Positions 56,563 through 59,902 of a DNA stretch of 59,902 nt are shown piece after piece. The DNA comes from Bacteroidota bacterium (GTDB lineage: Bacteria > Bacteroidota > Ignavibacteria > UBA10030 > UBA8401), in contig DATJXA010000132.1 in the NCBI GenBank assembly GCA_035500675.1, positions 1 through 59,902 on the forward strand, read 5' to 3'. The number at the start of each line of letters is the position of its first letter. Within the stretch, counting starts at the first letter, position 1. Under the pieces are notes generated by a model. It saw only the letters and a list, made by a program, of their open reading frames with translations, did no database searches and was not told the origin of the DNA. The translations under genes were made by a program, and so were the position numbers.

Positions 56563-58971
56563 ATGAAAAAACTTATTCTCATCGCTATCGTTGCCTGTCT
56601 TGCGCCATGGAGTAATTCTGCGACTGCACAAAACCTTATCGTAAAAAATTTCGGTGCGAGTGACAGCCTTCAAAAATTCCCTCCACACACTGCAATCTTA
56701 AACGTGGTTCAGGGAAACAAACCTCTTTCGGCAACAAGCGTTCATGAAGATGAAAAAGTGAACGTCATCATTCAATTTTCCTCGCCCCCAAAAAGCTCCG
56801 TTAAAGGATTATCTTCATCCAAAAGTACCGCAGCATCAAAACAACAGTCTTCTTTTATCAGCAATATTTCTGCTATGCATCCGACGACAGTAGTTTCGCG
56901 TCGGTTCACCGAGGTGCTCAACGCCATGGCAATCACTGTATCGAAAAAAGAAATCGGCGCCATCGCACAGGAGCCGGGCGTGCAACGTGTTTATGAAGAT
57001 AAAAAAGTTTCTGCTCTTGCAGTCACGACCCCCTCGGCAATCGACAGCCCTTCCAGCGATGAAGATTCTGATTCGTCGGGCGGGAATGGAATCAAAATAG
57101 GGGTGATCGACACGGGGATAGATTATCTGCACGAAGCGTTTGGCGGTGGTTTCGGCCCCGGCTTTACCGTCGCGGGTGGATACAATTTTGTCACAAACAA
57201 TCCCGACCCGCGTGACGATAACGGACATGGGACTCATGTCGCCGGCATTATTGCGGGCAATGCGCCCTCGTTTAAAGGAGTGGCTCCCCATGCCCGGTTG
57301 TACGCTTACAAAGTGCTGGATGCGAACGGAAACGGCAGCATGTCGACGGTGATTGCAGCGATCGAGCAGGCCGTGAAAGACAGTGTGCAGATCATCAATC
57401 TCAGTCTGGGCACGTCCGACGGGGATCCGGACGATATCCTTTCACAAGCGGTCGACCAGGCTGTTGAAGCCGGCGTCGTCGTAGTCGTCGCTGCGGGCAA
57501 TGACGGGGACTACGGAACGATCGATTCCCCCGGAGCTGCACGCGAAGCGCTAACCGTCGGAGCTACCAACGCAGAAAATTCCGTGGCTTCATTCAGTTCC
57601 AGGGGACCTTCGAACAAGATCTACGGATGCAAGCCTGATATTGTCGCGCCCGGAGAATCGATTCTCTCAGCAAAAATGAACGGCGGCTATATCGCCATGA
57701 CCGGCACATCGATGGCGGCGCCGTTTGTTGCGGGCGCCGCTGCGCTCCTCAAACAGCGCCACCCTGAATGGAACGCATACCAAATCCGCGACGCTCTTAT
57801 AGCTTCGACGCGAGATCTGCATGCTCCTATTTTTTCAGAAGGAAGGGGAAAACTCGATACGGCGAGGATCTCGACAGTCTCCGCGACCGTCTCACCGTCG
57901 ACGATCAGTTTCGGGTTCGACAACCCATCGATCGCCAAATGGAATAGGGGCGACACCGTGCTTATCTCGAACCTTTCATCCACACCGAAGACGTATTCCA
58001 TCAAAAACTCCTCCCCCGCTCCGGGTATTACCGTTGTCGTCTCCCCGACAACGTTCAGCATCGACGCGAACGGCTCGCAGAATGTTGCCGTTGAATTGTC
58101 CGCGGATAACACAGTACTTCCTGACAATGCCGTTTTTCCGCTCGGATACGGCGGCAACCTTCTGGCGATATCCGATGCGGATACACTCACGATCCCGTAT
58201 GTGTTCTTCAAGGGGTCTGTGTTCCAGATCTCCTTCAACGAAACGCCGTTCCAGGTCCTTATCCATGATGGAAAAAAGAATGCATTCTATTATAATCCTA
58301 GCGGGACGTTTCTTTCGGCATTTGTCCCTCCCGGCACATACGATATCGTCACCACATTTACGGGGTCGGCGTACGTCGTAAAAGAAAATATCAACACGAA
58401 AGACTCACTCGATTTCAAGGTCAACAGGAGCCAGGCATCGCATGAGGTCGTCGTCTCTCCGACAGATGAGAATGATTCTGCGTTTGTCACCGCCGGGTCA
58501 AATATGACATACAGTTATATCGAAGCACTGCGGCACACCGCCTCCGGCATCAGCGAAGTGACTCTCGGAGGGGGCAATGTCGAAACGCAGTCGCTCGATC
58601 AAAAAATGTTCTTTTCGGATATGAGTCCGCGTTACTCCTTCGGCTATGCGCTCAACATTCAAATGGGGAATTCGCGATCGTATACATACGACGTCGAGCT
58701 CGACACCGGAATCACGTCCGCCCACACCGTGGCGTTCACGTCTTCAGATTTCAAGCGCATCGATTTCAAATACGACGTCGATTCGACCACCCCGAGAATA
58801 TTTCCGGTCATTTGGTCGGCATTCGCTCCTTCCAGCGGTGTTGTTGCGGTGACCTACTTCGACGGCAACAGCGCCCCTCTTACATATCCTTTTATGCAAA
58901 CAGGATATTATACCCGCCGCACTTCCATCGACTTCCCCATCCTCCATTTCAGAGAGGCGTATAAATATTGA
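56563..58971 (+). CDS. Secreted S8 subtilisin-family peptidase (I9 propeptide, S8, Fn3-like)
   Basis: Signal peptide from the ATG at 56563; VIDTGIDY, HGTHVAG, GTSMAAP triad motifs. Confidence 0.93.
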   Translation: MKKLILIAIVACLAPWSNSATAQNLIVKNFGASDSLQKFPPHTAILNVVQGNKPLSATSVHEDEKVNVIIQFSSPPKSSVKGLSSSKSTAASKQQSSFISNISAMHPTTVVSRRFTEVLNAMAITVSKKEIGAIAQEPGVQRVYEDKKVSALAVTTPSAIDSPSSDEDSDSSGGNGIKIGVIDTGIDYLHEAFGGGFGPGFTVAGGYNFVTNNPDPRDDNGHGTHVAGIIAGNAPSFKGVAPHARLYAYKVLDANGNGSMSTVIAAIEQAVKDSVQIINLSLGTSDGDPDDILSQAVDQAVEAGVVVVVAAGNDGDYGTIDSPGAAREALTVGATNAENSVASFSSRGPSNKIYGCKPDIVAPGESILSAKMNGGYIAMTGTSMAAPFVAGAAALLKQRHPEWNAYQIRDALIASTRDLHAPIFSEGRGKLDTARISTVSATVSPSTISFGFDNPSIAKWNRGDTVLISNLSSTPKTYSIKNSSPAPGITVVVSPTTFSIDANGSQNVAVELSADNTVLPDNAVFPLGYGGNLLAISDADTLTIPYVFFKGSVFQISFNETPFQVLIHDGKKNAFYYNPSGTFLSAFVPPGTYDIVTTFTGSAYVVKENINTKDSLDFKVNRSQASHEVVVSPTDENDSAFVTAGSNMTYSYIEALRHTASGISEVTLGGGNVETQSLDQKMFFSDMSPRYSFGYALNIQMGNSRSYTYDVELDTGITSAHTVAFTSSDFKRIDFKYDVDSTTPRIFPVIWSAFAPSSGVVAVTYFDGNSAPLTYPFMQTGYYTRRTSIDFPILHFREAYKY

Positions 58972-58984
58972 GGTAAAAGACAAG

Positions 58985-59135
58985 TTTAAATTTCAAAATG
59001 CAAAGGGCAAAGTTACAATGTAAAATTCAAAATGTCTCTACGATAAAGAAATGTACTATTTCAGATTGCGCGTTTTACTTTTTAATTTTTCACTGTAACT
59101 TTGCCTTTTACCCTTTGCACTTTGAACTTTTAATT
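58985..59135. repeat. 7-mer-periodic imperfect inverted repeat between convergent genes
   Basis: Left arm CAAAATG CAAAGGG CAAAGT TACAATG TAAAATT CAAAATG. Perfect matches 59006-59017 / 59094-59105 and 58999-59007 / 59111-59119. Confidence 0.8.
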
Positions 59136-59167
59136 GCCAATCGGCCGGAGCGTTGGCGAACGGAGAG

Positions 59168-59902
59168 TTACTTCTTAACGATGTTGAATTGCTGGATTTT
59201 TGTGTAGAGGGTCTTCAAGCTGATGTCAAGAATTTTCGCCGCAAGCTTTTTATCCCACTTTGTCTGAAGAAGAACGCCTTCGATATGATGCTTCTCGAGA
59301 TCGCGAAGCGATATTGCGCTCCCAATTTTTTCCGGGCCGGCGGTCGGAGTTTGCTCCGTCGACGGCGTCCGTGGAAGGGCCAGGTCTTTAAGCCGGATGT
59401 ATTCGTCTGAAGAGAGAATAGCTGCGCGTTCCAAAACATTCTCCAGTTCTCTCACATTGCCCGGCCAATCGTAACGCATGAGGGCGTCGACAGCGTCGGG
59501 ATGGAGTTTTTTGGGAGTGCGGTTTCTCAGGCTCTTGGAGACAATTTCATTCGCGATGACCGGAATGTCCTCTTTGCGCTCACGCAAAGAAGGAATAGTG
59601 ATCGTGATGACGTTGAGACGATACAGCAAATCCTCTCGAAACCGGCCTTCTTTCACTTCGTCAATAAGATGCCTGTTGGTTGCCGAAATAATGCGGACAT
59701 CCGATTTCTGAGTTTTGTTCCCTCCTACTCTGCGGAATTCACCCGTTTGTATGAACCGAAGGAGTTTCGGTTGAAAGACGGAGCTGATCTCTCCGATCTC
59801 GTCGAGGAATAACGTCCCACCGTTAGCCAACTCCACCAGTCCCTGATGCATCGCATGAGCGTCGGTGAACGCTCCTTTTTCATGACCGAAGAGCTCGCTC
59901 TC
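59168..59902 (-). CDS. sigma54-dependent (NtrC-like) activator, 5'-truncated by the window edge
   Basis: ESELFGHEKGAFTDA, GTLFLDEI, RIISATN, FREDLLYRL, WPGNVREL, Fis-type HTH. Confidence 0.93.
   Translation of the reverse strand, partial: ESELFGHEKGAFTDAHAMHQGLVELANGGTLFLDEIGEISSVFQPKLLRFIQTGEFRRVGGNKTQKSDVRIISATNRHLIDEVKEGRFREDLLYRLNVITITIPSLRERKEDIPVIANEIVSKSLRNRTPKKLHPDAVDALMRYDWPGNVRELENVLERAAILSSDEYIRLKDLALPRTPSTEQTPTAGPEKIGSAISLRDLEKHHIEGVLLQTKWDKKLAAKILDISLKTLYTKIQQFNIVKK

Overview
About 60 kb of bacterial chromosome. T9SS-type C-terminal domains (QNFPNPFNP), Hanks-type kinase/TPR proteins and the DUF4256/YdeI gene set point to the Bacteroidota-Chlorobi/Ignavibacteria (FCB) group; this is an inference. 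The window holds about 43 CDS, mostly signalling: about 10 two-component genes, 3 Ser/Thr kinases, a PP2C phosphatase, a metallophosphoesterase and a sigma54 activator. It also has rsmA, tRNA-His, tRNA-Glu, four peptidases (S9, M1, C1, S8), three PAP2 proteins and a 14-blade T9SS propeller protein. Two things stand out. (1) Two Ser/Thr kinase genes are each preceded by an unannotated 46-48 aa leader ORF. Each leader repeats the first 17 codons of its own kinase, with only synonymous differences apart from the start codon. It leaves the kinase sequence inside the ATP-binding Gly loop (LGE|GGMG), runs through a related double-hairpin cassette (VP...IPPFFGGRG) and stops on the kinase start codon. 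(2) A lone Y1/HUH transposase (IS200-like/RAYT-like, no tnpB) sits in an array of seven ~85-bp three-hairpin modules of strictly alternating orientation, directly upstream of the third kinase. Two 7-nt-periodic inverted-repeat elements are also present. No database searches were run; family calls come from motif recognition.
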